Positions 20,147 through 30,365 of a DNA stretch of 31,535 nucleotides are shown piece after piece. A model generated the notes under the pieces. It was not told the origin of the DNA. It did no database searches and worked only from the letters and a program-made list of their open reading frames with translations. The DNA is taken from IMG/VR virus record IMGVR_UViG_3300009152_000019, one strand, 5' to 3'. The position numbers and the translations under genes are program-made. Origin of the DNA: a virus. Position 1 is the stretch's first letter. Each line of letters starts with the position of its first letter.

Positions 20147-21568
20147 ATGGCAACGACAAAATTAGCATCACCCCAAGTATTCACACCTGCGTATAACCCA
20201 TGCAAGTTTATAGTAGATTCAACAAACAAAAATGAACTAGGATTCAGATACATATTTGATGTTTACGATGCGGTTACGGATGTTCAAATAGCGCAGTACA
20301 GAGTGTTTCCGCAGTACTTAACTGGTTATGGTGAGATAGATATATCAAAGCTACTTCAAACTAAAGTAAGTTACGATAGTAATTTGTATAACACTACGGC
20401 TTACGATGCTGCTAATTCATATTATAAGTATGATGTAATGGTAGGTGAGGAGTTTATAACAACAGTAAGTTATACATCTTCATTGACAAATAACGCAGGT
20501 AACGTAAGAATAACTGCAACACATTCGTATGTAGTAGGTGACCAAGTTAGAATAATACAATCAGATGGTGGAGCAGCTAATCCAAACTTGGAAGGATTGT
20601 TTACCGTATTGTCAGTTGTTGGTACTACTTCGTTTACAGTCAACTCTCTTTGGTCGCAAGTAACAAATGCTTTGATAGATGGAACGGTAAGCTACTCAGA
20701 CAATAGAAAAACTGTTATACAAAATATACTAGGTGTTACAAATAGCTATGTGTTTAATGGTGCAATGTCTTTTCAAAATTGGATTACTTTTGAAAGTGCA
20801 AATTATATCTTAAACAATAGTTTAGATTTATTACTTACTGATATGCCGACAAATGGCTTTTATTCTACATATAATCAAGACTTGATAATTAATTTTGGTA
20901 ATGCCAAAGTAGACACAGGATTTGTGTACTTTCAAAATAATGCAGGTAGCATTTTTAAGAAAGCAATTAACACAAGCTCGTATATTTCAGGTGTACCAGT
21001 AGGTCCTAGTAATTATGGTAGTTTGACCGTAGTAAGTGGTGCTGGTCCTCTTATCAATACAACTACTGAGTATTATGATTTTTGGTATACAAATTCTGCA
21101 GGTGTTCAGCATTCACAAAAGTACCGTGTGAACATTGACAAGAGATGTGTAATAGAAGATTATTCTTTATTGTTCTTAGATAGGATGGGAAGCTATGGAT
21201 CATTTGCTTTTCAGTTGAGAGCGTATGAGAAAGGAACGGTTCAAAAACAAGGATTCAATAGAGATGTTCAAGGAAGTATTACAAGTCAAGAATGGGGTTA
21301 CACTTCAGAATCATTCGGGCAAAGCATCTATTCATCTAATGTTACTAAAACATTAGACTTGAATACTAACTGGATGACTGAAGAAATGTCTATCTACTTT
21401 GAGCAGTTGATAACTTCGCCTTTGGTTTATTTAAAAATGCCTGACGAAACTTATGCAGCAGTTATAATAAATGAAAATTCATTTGAAGTGAATAAGCAAA
21501 GAAACAAGAAACTATTTAAGAAGTCAATAACAGTTACATTCGCAAATCAAAACACTATCAATGTATAA
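20147..21568 (+). CDS. Tail/baseplate structural protein, possibly distal-tail-protein-like.
   Basis: The 473-aa beta-rich ORF is the first gene of the tail block and is coupled to the large tail protein. The function is inferred from position. Confidence 0.4.
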   Translation: MATTKLASPQVFTPAYNPCKFIVDSTNKNELGFRYIFDVYDAVTDVQIAQYRVFPQYLTGYGEIDISKLLQTKVSYDSNLYNTTAYDAANSYYKYDVMVGEEFITTVSYTSSLTNNAGNVRITATHSYVVGDQVRIIQSDGGAANPNLEGLFTVLSVVGTTSFTVNSLWSQVTNALIDGTVSYSDNRKTVIQNILGVTNSYVFNGAMSFQNWITFESANYILNNSLDLLLTDMPTNGFYSTYNQDLIINFGNAKVDTGFVYFQNNAGSIFKKAINTSSYISGVPVGPSNYGSLTVVSGAGPLINTTTEYYDFWYTNSAGVQHSQKYRVNIDKRCVIEDYSLLFLDRMGSYGSFAFQLRAYEKGTVQKQGFNRDVQGSITSQEWGYTSESFGQSIYSSNVTKTLDLNTNWMTEEMSIYFEQLITSPLVYLKMPDETYAAVIINENSFEVNKQRNKKLFKKSITVTFANQNTINV

Positions 21569-24500
21569 TGTAAGAATACAACTAGCAACAGGTTATTTAG
21601 ATGTCAAAGAAGATACTGCTTTTCCTTTAAACTTTGGTATAGCAGACATTCGAGATGTAAGCAAAAGAGCAGGTGCATTCTCGAAGACTATCACACTTGT
21701 TGGAACGAAGAATAACCACGACTTGCTTAACCATTACTACGATGTCAATATAGTAGCGGGTACATTTAATATCAATGCCTTGACTAAATGTACAGTTGTT
21801 CAAAATGGTATTCCTATTCTATCAGATGCGTTTGTGCAGTTGTTGTCAGTTAATAAGATTCAAAAGGACTCTAGCTTTGAACAAGATATTGAATACTCGG
21901 TATTGATTAAAGACCAAGCGTCAACATTCTTTACTGATATTGATACTAAAGAGCTAAAAGACATTGACTATTCAGATTTGAATCATGCTATATCTTCAGC
22001 TAATATTTATTCGTCGTTTACGCATGATGTAACAGATGGCTATAAATATGGCTTGACTTGGAATACTGGTAACTTATACAGTCTTGCTGAATTTCGACCT
22101 GCTATTTATGCAAAGGTTTACTTTGATAGAATCTTTCAAAATGCAGGATATAATTATGAATGGTCTTCGTTAGTTGCGTGTGGATTTGATAAACTTATTA
22201 TTCCATATAGTGGCGATTTAGTTACTATGCCTTATTCGAACTATGCAGTTGAAGAAACTCACGCTGCGGATATTGTAAGTATAGTTCAAACACCGTACAC
22301 TATAGGATTTTCAGAGCAGTTAACTTCATTTACTGAGATACTAGACGGTCAAAACTTATTCAATCCTACTACTGGCGTTTACACTTGTCCATTTCCTGCA
22401 TCAGGGGCAGAGGTAATTAACATTGGTATAGATATTATAGGGGATATTCAGCTTGTCAATGCAACTGGTGTTAATTTAAGTTTGTATAATACCGACTATT
22501 CTTATTCTACGCTTCCTAGACAAAGATATGTTTTAGAAATACAAGTGTTTAGAAGTAATTTTCCAACCATACCAATATTTGTTTTTTCTACTCCTTATGA
22601 TGTAATTACTAATGGTATAAATTCTGCACCATATGCGCCTGGTACAACAACGATAATCAGTTTAAACAATCATTTCACGTTACCAATAAGCAATGTCAAT
22701 GCAGGAACACAATTAACATTTAAAATAGGTGTAGGTGTAGATAACTCAAATACAACATTACACTGGGTAACTCCTGCAGTTGTTCCTGCTATAATGACAC
22801 CTCAGTTAAACTACACATCTTTAAAATTGACTGCTAATATTTCATCTAATACTTTGGCAGTAGGCACGGTGTTAAATATGAATCAATTTGTACCTGACAA
22901 GATAAAGCAAAAAGATTTTGTTAAGTCAATATTTCAAATGTTCAATCTATATGTTGAAATAGATACGGACAATGCAAATACACTAATATTAAAAACTAGA
23001 GATGACTTCTATGATAGTGGCATAGAAAAAGACTGGACTTACAAACTAGCAAAAGACAAAGAACAAGTATTAAACTTCTTACCAGAACTAGCATCAAAAA
23101 AACTTATACTTACATACAAGCAAGACAAGGATACACCTAACGTAACTTACTACGATACTACAAGAGAAGTATACGGTCAAGTAGAATATATCTTTGATAA
23201 CGAGTATGTAAAAAAAATTGATACAAAAGAATTAATCTTTTCCCCTTCACCAATTGGTCAAACAACATTTGGTGCTTATGTGCCAATAGTGGCAGGTAGT
23301 TCTCCTAAGACTAACATTCGAATTTTGTATGATGGTGGCATGAAGTCTTGTAGCCAATATACAATTATAGATTCAGGCTCTGCAGGAATGTATGGTATCT
23401 TAGAATATCCTTTGATGCATCACTATGACGATGCGTTGAATCCTACATTAGACATCAACTTTGCGTTGTGTGATTATATGTATTACGACTTCTACACACC
23501 GACAGATAATAATCTTTATAATTCATATTGGAGGCGTACAATAAACCAAATTAATACTGGCAAGATGTTGATTGCCTACTTCAATTTGAAAGAAGATGAT
23601 ATTCAGAGTTTAAAGCTAAATGACAAGATTAGAATAGATAATTCTTGGTGGTCAATAAACAAGGTAATAGATTACGATGCTAACAACAAACAACTAACAA
23701 AAGTTGAACTATTATCTACAGATAGTGAGATAGATTTTGCTCCATTTAAAACAAAGATTACCAAACAACCTCAAGGTGCTTTTACTCATGTTTACACAGG
23801 AGTGAATGAAACAATTGCAAATAATACAAATGCAGTAGGGGTGGGAGCAGATGTAATTATTAAAGGTAGGAATAACATTGTAATGCCTGGTGTTAAAGGC
23901 ATCATAGAAGGTGACGATGGTGTAGTTACCGAAGATGGTATTTATAGATTTGTGGATGGAGTTAATACGCTTTTATCTGGAGCTGTATATTCTATAACTT
24001 CAGGCACTCAAATTGAAACAACCTCAAATATTGATGTTGTTGCTTCAGGGTTAGAATTTACTCCTCCTGCAGGAACGTATAAGGTAGATTTCAATGGGCA
24101 CTATCTTTCAATACCAGGAAACGTTGTTCAAATTGCTACGATAGATTTGCAAGCATTAACTTTATATATCAACAACCTTACAGCAACAGGCACTCACGGA
24201 TTATCATTCGGTAGTGGAGAAACATTAACAGCTGGGATTTATGATGTTGCTGGCGCAATGTCAATAACTGGGGTTCTAACCTTAAATGGTGGTGTAAATG
24301 ATATATTTGTATTTAGGTCGACTGGAGCTCTAAACACAACACCATCTACAACAGTTCAACTTACTGGGGGAGTGAAATCTGCTAATGTATTTTTCTTAGC
24401 AAATGGTGCTTTAGGGTTGGAAGCAAATAATGTTCTAAATGGTAATTTCATTGCGGTTGCTGCGGCAGCGGCATTAGGAGCAAATGCTACATTTAATGGT

Positions 24501-24941
24501 AGATTACTGTCAACTGCGGGGTCAATTGCATTTGGCGCTGGAACAATAAGTAAGCCAACTGATGTAAGCCTTATTCCAATGGGGATTTTAGATAGCTTTT
24601 TGGCGTTTACAAATTCAGGAGGGATAACAAATACAGCTTTAGCAAAAATTACTGGAAATCTAGGAACAGGAAGTGCTACCGTTGTTATATTTTTAGGTAG
24701 TGTATTTAATGGGGTTGCTTTTGACCCTACACAGTCACTTGGTGATACTAATGTTTTTTCACTTTATAAAGGCAATACTCAAATACCGTTTACAGAAAGG
24801 TCTAGATATTATAATACCTATGTTGAAGATGTTACACTGCAAGGAACAACAACTGTTAATGGCACAGAATCAATAAGTGTTAGATGGCGAACAGACATAG
24901 GCAAAGTAGTATTAGCAAACAGAATATTTACAATTGTATAG
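21561..24941 (+). CDS. Large tail-tip/fibre protein with a C-terminal DUF3494 (ice-binding-protein-like) beta-helix domain.
   Basis: It is 1126 aa. The C-terminal GETLTAGIYDVAGAMSITGVLTLNGGVNDIFVFRSTGALNTTPSTTVQLTGGVKSANVFFLANGALGLEANNVLNGNFIAVAAAAALGANATFNGRLLSTAGSIAFGAGTISKP matches the conserved core of bacterial and fungal DUF3494 ice-binding proteins. Confidence 0.7.
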   Translation: MYNVRIQLATGYLDVKEDTAFPLNFGIADIRDVSKRAGAFSKTITLVGTKNNHDLLNHYYDVNIVAGTFNINALTKCTVVQNGIPILSDAFVQLLSVNKIQKDSSFEQDIEYSVLIKDQASTFFTDIDTKELKDIDYSDLNHAISSANIYSSFTHDVTDGYKYGLTWNTGNLYSLAEFRPAIYAKVYFDRIFQNAGYNYEWSSLVACGFDKLIIPYSGDLVTMPYSNYAVEETHAADIVSIVQTPYTIGFSEQLTSFTEILDGQNLFNPTTGVYTCPFPASGAEVINIGIDIIGDIQLVNATGVNLSLYNTDYSYSTLPRQRYVLEIQVFRSNFPTIPIFVFSTPYDVITNGINSAPYAPGTTTIISLNNHFTLPISNVNAGTQLTFKIGVGVDNSNTTLHWVTPAVVPAIMTPQLNYTSLKLTANISSNTLAVGTVLNMNQFVPDKIKQKDFVKSIFQMFNLYVEIDTDNANTLILKTRDDFYDSGIEKDWTYKLAKDKEQVLNFLPELASKKLILTYKQDKDTPNVTYYDTTREVYGQVEYIFDNEYVKKIDTKELIFSPSPIGQTTFGAYVPIVAGSSPKTNIRILYDGGMKSCSQYTIIDSGSAGMYGILEYPLMHHYDDALNPTLDINFALCDYMYYDFYTPTDNNLYNSYWRRTINQINTGKMLIAYFNLKEDDIQSLKLNDKIRIDNSWWSINKVIDYDANNKQLTKVELLSTDSEIDFAPFKTKITKQPQGAFTHVYTGVNETIANNTNAVGVGADVIIKGRNNIVMPGVKGIIEGDDGVVTEDGIYRFVDGVNTLLSGAVYSITSGTQIETTSNIDVVASGLEFTPPAGTYKVDFNGHYLSIPGNVVQIATIDLQALTLYINNLTATGTHGLSFGSGETLTAGIYDVAGAMSITGVLTLNGGVNDIFVFRSTGALNTTPSTTVQLTGGVKSANVFFLANGALGLEANNVLNGNFIAVAAAAALGANATFNGRLLSTAGSIAFGAGTISKPTDVSLIPMGILDSFLAFTNSGGITNTALAKITGNLGTGSATVVIFLGSVFNGVAFDPTQSLGDTNVFSLYKGNTQIPFTERSRYYNTYVEDVTLQGTTTVNGTESISVRWRTDIGKVVLANRIFTIV

Positions 24942-24961
24942 GTGTCATTCTAATCATTTAA

Positions 24962-24992
24962 AACACAACTTCAATAATCACCATTATATAAT
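24962..24992 (+). promoter_or_regulatory. Late-gene motif copy 4: AAC-N16-CCATTATATAAT, then the ATG at 24993.
   Basis: Architecture is the same as in the other three copies. Confidence 0.5.
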
Positions 24993-27113
24993 ATGGCAGC
25001 ATCACCGATTGAGATTCCTATTAAATTAAATGGCTTAGCAGCTATTAAGGCAGAACTTCGTGAGCTGAAAGGCGACCTTGCAAATGCAACAGACCCAAAA
25101 CAGATGCAGGAACTTGCTATGAGAGCAGGTGAGCTTAAAGACCAACTTGCAGATGCTAATGAACAAGTAGCAGTATTTGCATCAGGTAGTAAGTTTGAGC
25201 AGGTTTCAAATTCATTCGGTTCAATGAAAGATTCTTTGATGTCTTTGGACTTTGAAGAAGCTGCTAGTAAAGCTAAGATGTTTCAGCAAACATTAGGAAG
25301 TATATCACCTGCTACGATTGGAAATAGTATTAAAGGTTTAGTTTCAGTTGTTGGTAGTTTATCTAAAGCCTTCATTCAGTTTGGTATTTCATTACTAGCA
25401 AATCCTATCTTTTTATTAGTTGCTGCGATTGTAGCCATTGTCGCAGTCATTGCTTTGGTGATGAATAAACTCGGAATCTTAAAGCCAATTCTTAATGCAG
25501 TAGGTAAAGTATTCGGTTGGATAGGTGATGCTATTGATATGGTTGTTCAAGCATTCAAAGATTTGTGCGATTGGTTAGGCTTATCTAATAACGCAGCAGA
25601 AGATGCAGCAGATGCACAAGCAGCAGCAGCCGAAAAAACTGCAGCAGCATACGAAGAAAAGAGTGCAGCAGTAGTAGCAGGTTTCGATAGAGAGATTGAA
25701 ATGGCTAAACTTGATGGTCAGAATACTGTTTATATGGAAAAGCAAAAACAGTACTGGCTTTTAAAAACTGCAGCTGCAAGACTAGAGGCAATTAAACAAA
25801 AAATGATTGCTGCGAGATTGAGTGGTGATTTAGATGAGGAGGAGATTTTAGCTTTAAGAAAATCATATAACGAGCAAAGAGAAGTAGTCAAAGATTCTAT
25901 GCATCAGATTGAGGTGATTGATAAGACCGAAGCTAATCGTAAAAAGGAAGATGCTAAAAAACAATCAGATGAAAGTTCTAAAAATGCTAAATCTAATGCA
26001 GATAAACAACGAGAAATTAATGCTAAAAAAATTGAAGCAGAAAAGAAATATCAAGCAGACAGATTAGCAGCTGCTCGAATGTATCAAGACTTGGATATTC
26101 AGTTAATGGATGAAGGAGTTCAAAAAGAATTGAAAGTATCTCAGATTGCTTACAATAGATTGATTGAAGATACACAAGCTAAGGTTGCTAAGACGAAACA
26201 AGAACAAGAAGAAAAGTTAAAGCTAATTGAAATGTATGGTCTTTTAGCGGGGGATGCAAGAGATAAGATAAATCAAAAAGAAGCTGAAAAAGAAAAAGAA
26301 AAGAAGGCAGCAGATGCAGCTAAAGAATTAGAGCAAATAGCTTTGTTAAAATCAATGAAAGATGCTGCAAGTCAAACTGCTAAAGACAAAGAAATAGCAG
26401 ATGTAAAAGCAAAGAGTGAAGCAGATTTAATAGCTTTAGGAAGTAGTGCAGATGCAAAGGTATTTTTAGCTGAGCAAACTGCTGAAAGAATTGCTGAGAT
26501 TGATGCTAAATATGCTGAGATTGAAAGAGCAAATCATTTTAAACTATTAAGTGAGAAAGCAGATATTGCGTCTAAGTATGCACAAAGTGTAAACTCTTTA
26601 GCTGAAGGAATGTTTGCAGTATCTAATAGCTATGGTAAGCAAGATGAGAAGTCAAAAGAAGAAAGAGCAAAAAAACAGTTCTATATTCAAAAAGCAATGA
26701 ATCTAGGAATGGCTACAATAGATGGGTATAAAGCAATTACTTCTTTCTTGTCAACAAATCCGTTAACTGTTTTAGGTTTACCAAATCCTGGTGCAATAGC
26801 AGGACTTGTTGCTACTTCAGCAATGGCTGCAGGTAATATCTTAAAGATTGCTTCTGCGAGATATGGTGGTAAAGGAACACCAACAACAACTGCATCACCA
26901 ACAGCAGCAGGAGGTGGTGGAGGTGATACTTCTACACAAGCAGCCACTCCTAGCGTTACTTTAAACGGTGCTAATAACAACGCAAATACATTTGGAGCAA
27001 ACGGACAACAGAATCAAGGTGGTCAAATGATAGTCAAGGCAGTAGTAGTAGAATCTGATATTACTTCTGTGCAAAACAAGATGAATAAAATACAACAATC
27101 AGCAACGTTATGA
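24993..27113 (+). CDS. Tape-measure-like protein.
   Basis: It is 706 aa. It has an N-terminal coiled coil, the hydrophobic block ANPIFLLVAAIVAIVAVIALVMN, a long A/K/E-rich coiled coil, a second hydrophobic segment, and a Gly/Asn/Gln-rich C-terminus. Confidence 0.55.
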   Translation: MAASPIEIPIKLNGLAAIKAELRELKGDLANATDPKQMQELAMRAGELKDQLADANEQVAVFASGSKFEQVSNSFGSMKDSLMSLDFEEAASKAKMFQQTLGSISPATIGNSIKGLVSVVGSLSKAFIQFGISLLANPIFLLVAAIVAIVAVIALVMNKLGILKPILNAVGKVFGWIGDAIDMVVQAFKDLCDWLGLSNNAAEDAADAQAAAAEKTAAAYEEKSAAVVAGFDREIEMAKLDGQNTVYMEKQKQYWLLKTAAARLEAIKQKMIAARLSGDLDEEEILALRKSYNEQREVVKDSMHQIEVIDKTEANRKKEDAKKQSDESSKNAKSNADKQREINAKKIEAEKKYQADRLAAARMYQDLDIQLMDEGVQKELKVSQIAYNRLIEDTQAKVAKTKQEQEEKLKLIEMYGLLAGDARDKINQKEAEKEKEKKAADAAKELEQIALLKSMKDAASQTAKDKEIADVKAKSEADLIALGSSADAKVFLAEQTAERIAEIDAKYAEIERANHFKLLSEKADIASKYAQSVNSLAEGMFAVSNSYGKQDEKSKEERAKKQFYIQKAMNLGMATIDGYKAITSFLSTNPLTVLGLPNPGAIAGLVATSAMAAGNILKIASARYGGKGTPTTTASPTAAGGGGGDTSTQAATPSVTLNGANNNANTFGANGQQNQGGQMIVKAVVVESDITSVQNKMNKIQQSATL

Positions 27114-27742
27114 CAAGCTACAAATCACTATTAAATAAAATAGAAGCATTCTGCAATGCTCACCTACAAATAAAAAAGTACGGAGGAGAATTCAGAGAGC
27201 AGATGCCTAACTTTGCTACAATAGATGAGAAGTATCCAGTTGTATTTGTTACACCAACAAGTGATACCGAGAATCTAAACACAAATCAATTCACAGTAGA
27301 CATATATTGCGTTGATTTAATACAAGCTGATAGAGCAAATCTTAATAATATTATATCTGATTGTCAGTTGATACTAAAAGATATGTATGTATATTACACT
27401 AATGATAACGACATTGAATTAGATGTTGTTGGAAGTGCAACTATGTCGCCTTTAAACAATCTTGATTTAGATTATGTTGCAGGTTGGGTTATGAGTATTA
27501 CATTTGAAGTAGCAAGTTATGGAAGTTGTGCTATTCCAATGAATCCAATTTCTCCTAATCCTCCTATTGTTTGTGAAGAGGCAACTGTTGAAAATTCAGA
27601 TGGTACATATTCAGAAACGGTTGTTAGTGGTGGTTTATTGATTTTGCCAGATACAACCTACAATTTTATAGTGAACGGAAATACAACAACCGTAACCGTT
27701 CCAAGTTTAACAGATGAAACATTCAATATAGTATGGCAATAA
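27110..27742 (+). CDS. Tail structural protein, function unknown.
   Basis: A 210-aa ORF with ATGA coupling to the tape-measure-like gene. Confidence 0.6.
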   Translation: MTSYKSLLNKIEAFCNAHLQIKKYGGEFREQMPNFATIDEKYPVVFVTPTSDTENLNTNQFTVDIYCVDLIQADRANLNNIISDCQLILKDMYVYYTNDNDIELDVVGSATMSPLNNLDLDYVAGWVMSITFEVASYGSCAIPMNPISPNPPIVCEEATVENSDGTYSETVVSGGLLILPDTTYNFIVNGNTTTVTVPSLTDETFNIVWQ

Positions 27743-28929
27743 ATATAAATATACCAATAGAAGATGCGGTTACAGATGGCAGTTTAAATCCTGTAACTAG
27801 TAATGCAGTTTTTGACGCTTTGGCAGGGCTTGCAGTTTCAGATTTACAAAGTGTAACAGACGTAGGAAATACAACTACAAACGATATTGCATTTATTGAT
27901 ACCGCCGGTATCTTATTAGAGAACACTTCAAGACTTAGAGAGGGTACAATAGATGCACAAACTGGCGGTTATAAAGGTATTGCTCAAATTTGCGCTGTAG
28001 GTTACGAGTTGAAGTGGGAAGCTGGCAGTCAATATGTAATGGATGGTAACGGTACGTTAGTTCGTGAAGTAAACCATAAATTCAATATTGTTCCTGACTT
28101 AAACAACGACAGTACACAAGGCTTTTACGTTGGTTCTAGATGGATTCTAGACGATGGAGATATTTATATTTGTACAGATAGCACGGCAACAAATGCAGTT
28201 TGGGAAAAATTAAATAGTTTAGACGAATTAGTACCTTACAATGGCGCAACTGCAGATGTAAACTTAGGAAATCAAGATTTGTACGCAAACAAAGTATGGC
28301 TTTACGACGCGCCAAACGATGCGTATGGTAGCATTCATTTAACTGATAATGACTTTCACATTGAAGATTCCGAAGGTCATAAAATGTTAGTTATTGAAGA
28401 TGGATTTATGCAAATACATTTGACCGACGCTATACAATCTAATCTTTTTACAAGTGGATTAACTCAAAGTAGAGACCATTATTTACCCGATGCAAGCGGA
28501 ACTATTGCTTTAACCTCAAATATTCCTGCAGTTGATTCTGTTCCTACGGATGCAAGCGCAAACGCTGTAAGTTCAAACGGAGTGTTCGATGCTTTGGCTT
28601 TAAAAGCACCATTAACGCCACGTGTTCAAAGTGTAACAAGTTCGGCAACGGTAACGCCAACAAGCACAAATGACTTTGTAAAAATTACAGCTCAAGCGGT
28701 TGGATTAACTTTAGCAAATCCAACTGGAACTTGGGATGAGGGTAAAGATTTAATCATAAGAATTAAGGATAACGGAACTGCTCGAAGTATTGCATACGGA
28801 ACGAAATACAGAGTGATAGGAGTTACTTTACCAACAACAACGGTTGTAAGTAAAACAACTTATTTAGGTCTTATTTATAACGCAACGGATGATACTTTTG
28901 ATGTTGTCGGAGTAACAACACAAGCATAA
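27733..28929 (+). CDS. Tail fibre protein.
   Basis: The fibre-type motif SxNxVxSNxVFDAL occurs twice (NPVTSNAVFDALAG and ANAVSSNGVFDALAL). The sequence is beta-rich. Confidence 0.6.
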   Translation: MAININIPIEDAVTDGSLNPVTSNAVFDALAGLAVSDLQSVTDVGNTTTNDIAFIDTAGILLENTSRLREGTIDAQTGGYKGIAQICAVGYELKWEAGSQYVMDGNGTLVREVNHKFNIVPDLNNDSTQGFYVGSRWILDDGDIYICTDSTATNAVWEKLNSLDELVPYNGATADVNLGNQDLYANKVWLYDAPNDAYGSIHLTDNDFHIEDSEGHKMLVIEDGFMQIHLTDAIQSNLFTSGLTQSRDHYLPDASGTIALTSNIPAVDSVPTDASANAVSSNGVFDALALKAPLTPRVQSVTSSATVTPTSTNDFVKITAQAVGLTLANPTGTWDEGKDLIIRIKDNGTARSIAYGTKYRVIGVTLPTTTVVSKTTYLGLIYNATDDTFDVVGVTTQA

Positions 28930-29726
28930 TGAGTTATTACAAAATAATTTCTTTAATGCCAAAAGCACCCGCCTACGATGCCGATGCACAAGCATTTATA
29001 ACAGCTACGGGAATAACTGATGTAACGCAAAAGAACGCTGTTAACCAACTTGTATTAGATTTAAAAGGTTATTCTATTTGGACTAAATTCAATGCGTTAT
29101 ATCCATTTGTAGGTGGAACTGCAACGACTCACAAATTTAACTTGAAAAATCCATTAGACACTGATGGCGCGTTTAGACTTTCTTTTATCGGTGGATGGAC
29201 TCACAGCGCAAATGGAGCTTTGCCTAATGGTACAAATGCGTACGCAAATTCCTTCATTACACCTTCAACTTCTTTGAATTTAAATTCAACACACATAAGT
29301 TATTATTCAAGAACTACTGGAGCAGTAGGAAATTGCTTTGGAGCTGCAAATATAGGTCTTACAAATAGGACTTTGTGGCAGTTTGGAGGCTCAAATAATT
29401 ATATTGCAATTTATACTTTACCATCATTTTATTTTTCTTACGGAAGTGCAAATTCACTTTCAATGCTGATAGCAAATAGAACAGCAAGTAATTTAAGTAA
29501 TGCTTGGCAAGGTGGAATAAAAAAAGCAACTAGCACAAATACACCGACAGCTTTAACAACTGTGCCTATTTATTTTGGAGGTAATAATGCAAATGGTACA
29601 ACTGACACATACAGTAATGCTCAGTGTGCATTCGCTTCAATTGGTGACGGATTAAGCGACACAGAAGCGTCTAATTTCTACACCGCCGTACAAGCATTTC
29701 AAACAAGTTTATCTAGACAAATATGA
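28929..29726 (+). CDS. Putative receptor-binding / tail fibre-associated protein.
   Basis: A 265-aa Gly/Asn/Thr-rich ORF coupled to the fibre gene (TAATG). Confidence 0.45.
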   Translation: MSYYKIISLMPKAPAYDADAQAFITATGITDVTQKNAVNQLVLDLKGYSIWTKFNALYPFVGGTATTHKFNLKNPLDTDGAFRLSFIGGWTHSANGALPNGTNAYANSFITPSTSLNLNSTHISYYSRTTGAVGNCFGAANIGLTNRTLWQFGGSNNYIAIYTLPSFYFSYGSANSLSMLIANRTASNLSNAWQGGIKKATSTNTPTALTTVPIYFGGNNANGTTDTYSNAQCAFASIGDGLSDTEASNFYTAVQAFQTSLSRQI

Positions 29727-29926
29727 TAGTAGCACAATTAATACCCAAACAAGCCGAACAATTGAAAGGATTTGAATTTAGACAAGATTCTTTTTTTAAT
29801 CCTATTCAAGATATTAACGATAATTGGATTATTTCGCTTGAAGAACAAAGGCAATGCGATATTTATTGGGTAAAAGATTTACCTTTAATCGAATATTTAC
29901 CAAAAGAAACAACTAATTTATTTTAA
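29723..29926 (+). CDS. Hypothetical protein.
   Basis: A 67-aa ORF with ATGA coupling. Confidence 0.55.
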   Translation: MIVAQLIPKQAEQLKGFEFRQDSFFNPIQDINDNWIISLEEQRQCDIYWVKDLPLIEYLPKETTNLF

Positions 29927-29939
29927 CTATATTTACAGT

Positions 29940-30365
29940 ATGCCAACATACAAAGTAAAATACGCAACTAGGAATAAACTAGCAAGAGCTTTGCAGATGG
30001 AAGTCAAAAAACTTGGCTTAATAGATACTGGCTCTTTGTATGATAGTATTAGAATTTCTGCTATGCAATCAGATAACTTTAATAACATTACTATTACTGT
30101 AAATGCTTTGTATTACTTTTTCTTTTTAGACAAAGGAACAATTTATATTGCTCCTCAAAAAATTATACAGAAGTGGTTAGCAAGTTCAGAAGTTCAAGCA
30201 ATCACTTCAGAGATTATGCAAGACTTTATAAGATGGCAATTTGAAGTATATCCACTTTTGGAGATGGCTAGGATTCTAAACAATCCAAAAATGTTTTTAG
30301 AGTTCAATTGGATAGACGAAGAAGAATTACCTTATAGTTTGCCTGAGTCTTCTACTTTACTTTAA
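29940..30365 (+). CDS. HK97 gp10-like head-tail joining / tail completion protein.
   Basis: The LIDTGSLYDSIRIS motif resembles the DTGxLrxSI signature of the HK97 gp10 family. Confidence 0.5.
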   Translation: MPTYKVKYATRNKLARALQMEVKKLGLIDTGSLYDSIRISAMQSDNFNNITITVNALYYFFFLDKGTIYIAPQKIIQKWLASSEVQAITSEIMQDFIRWQFEVYPLLEMARILNNPKMFLEFNWIDEEELPYSLPESSTLL

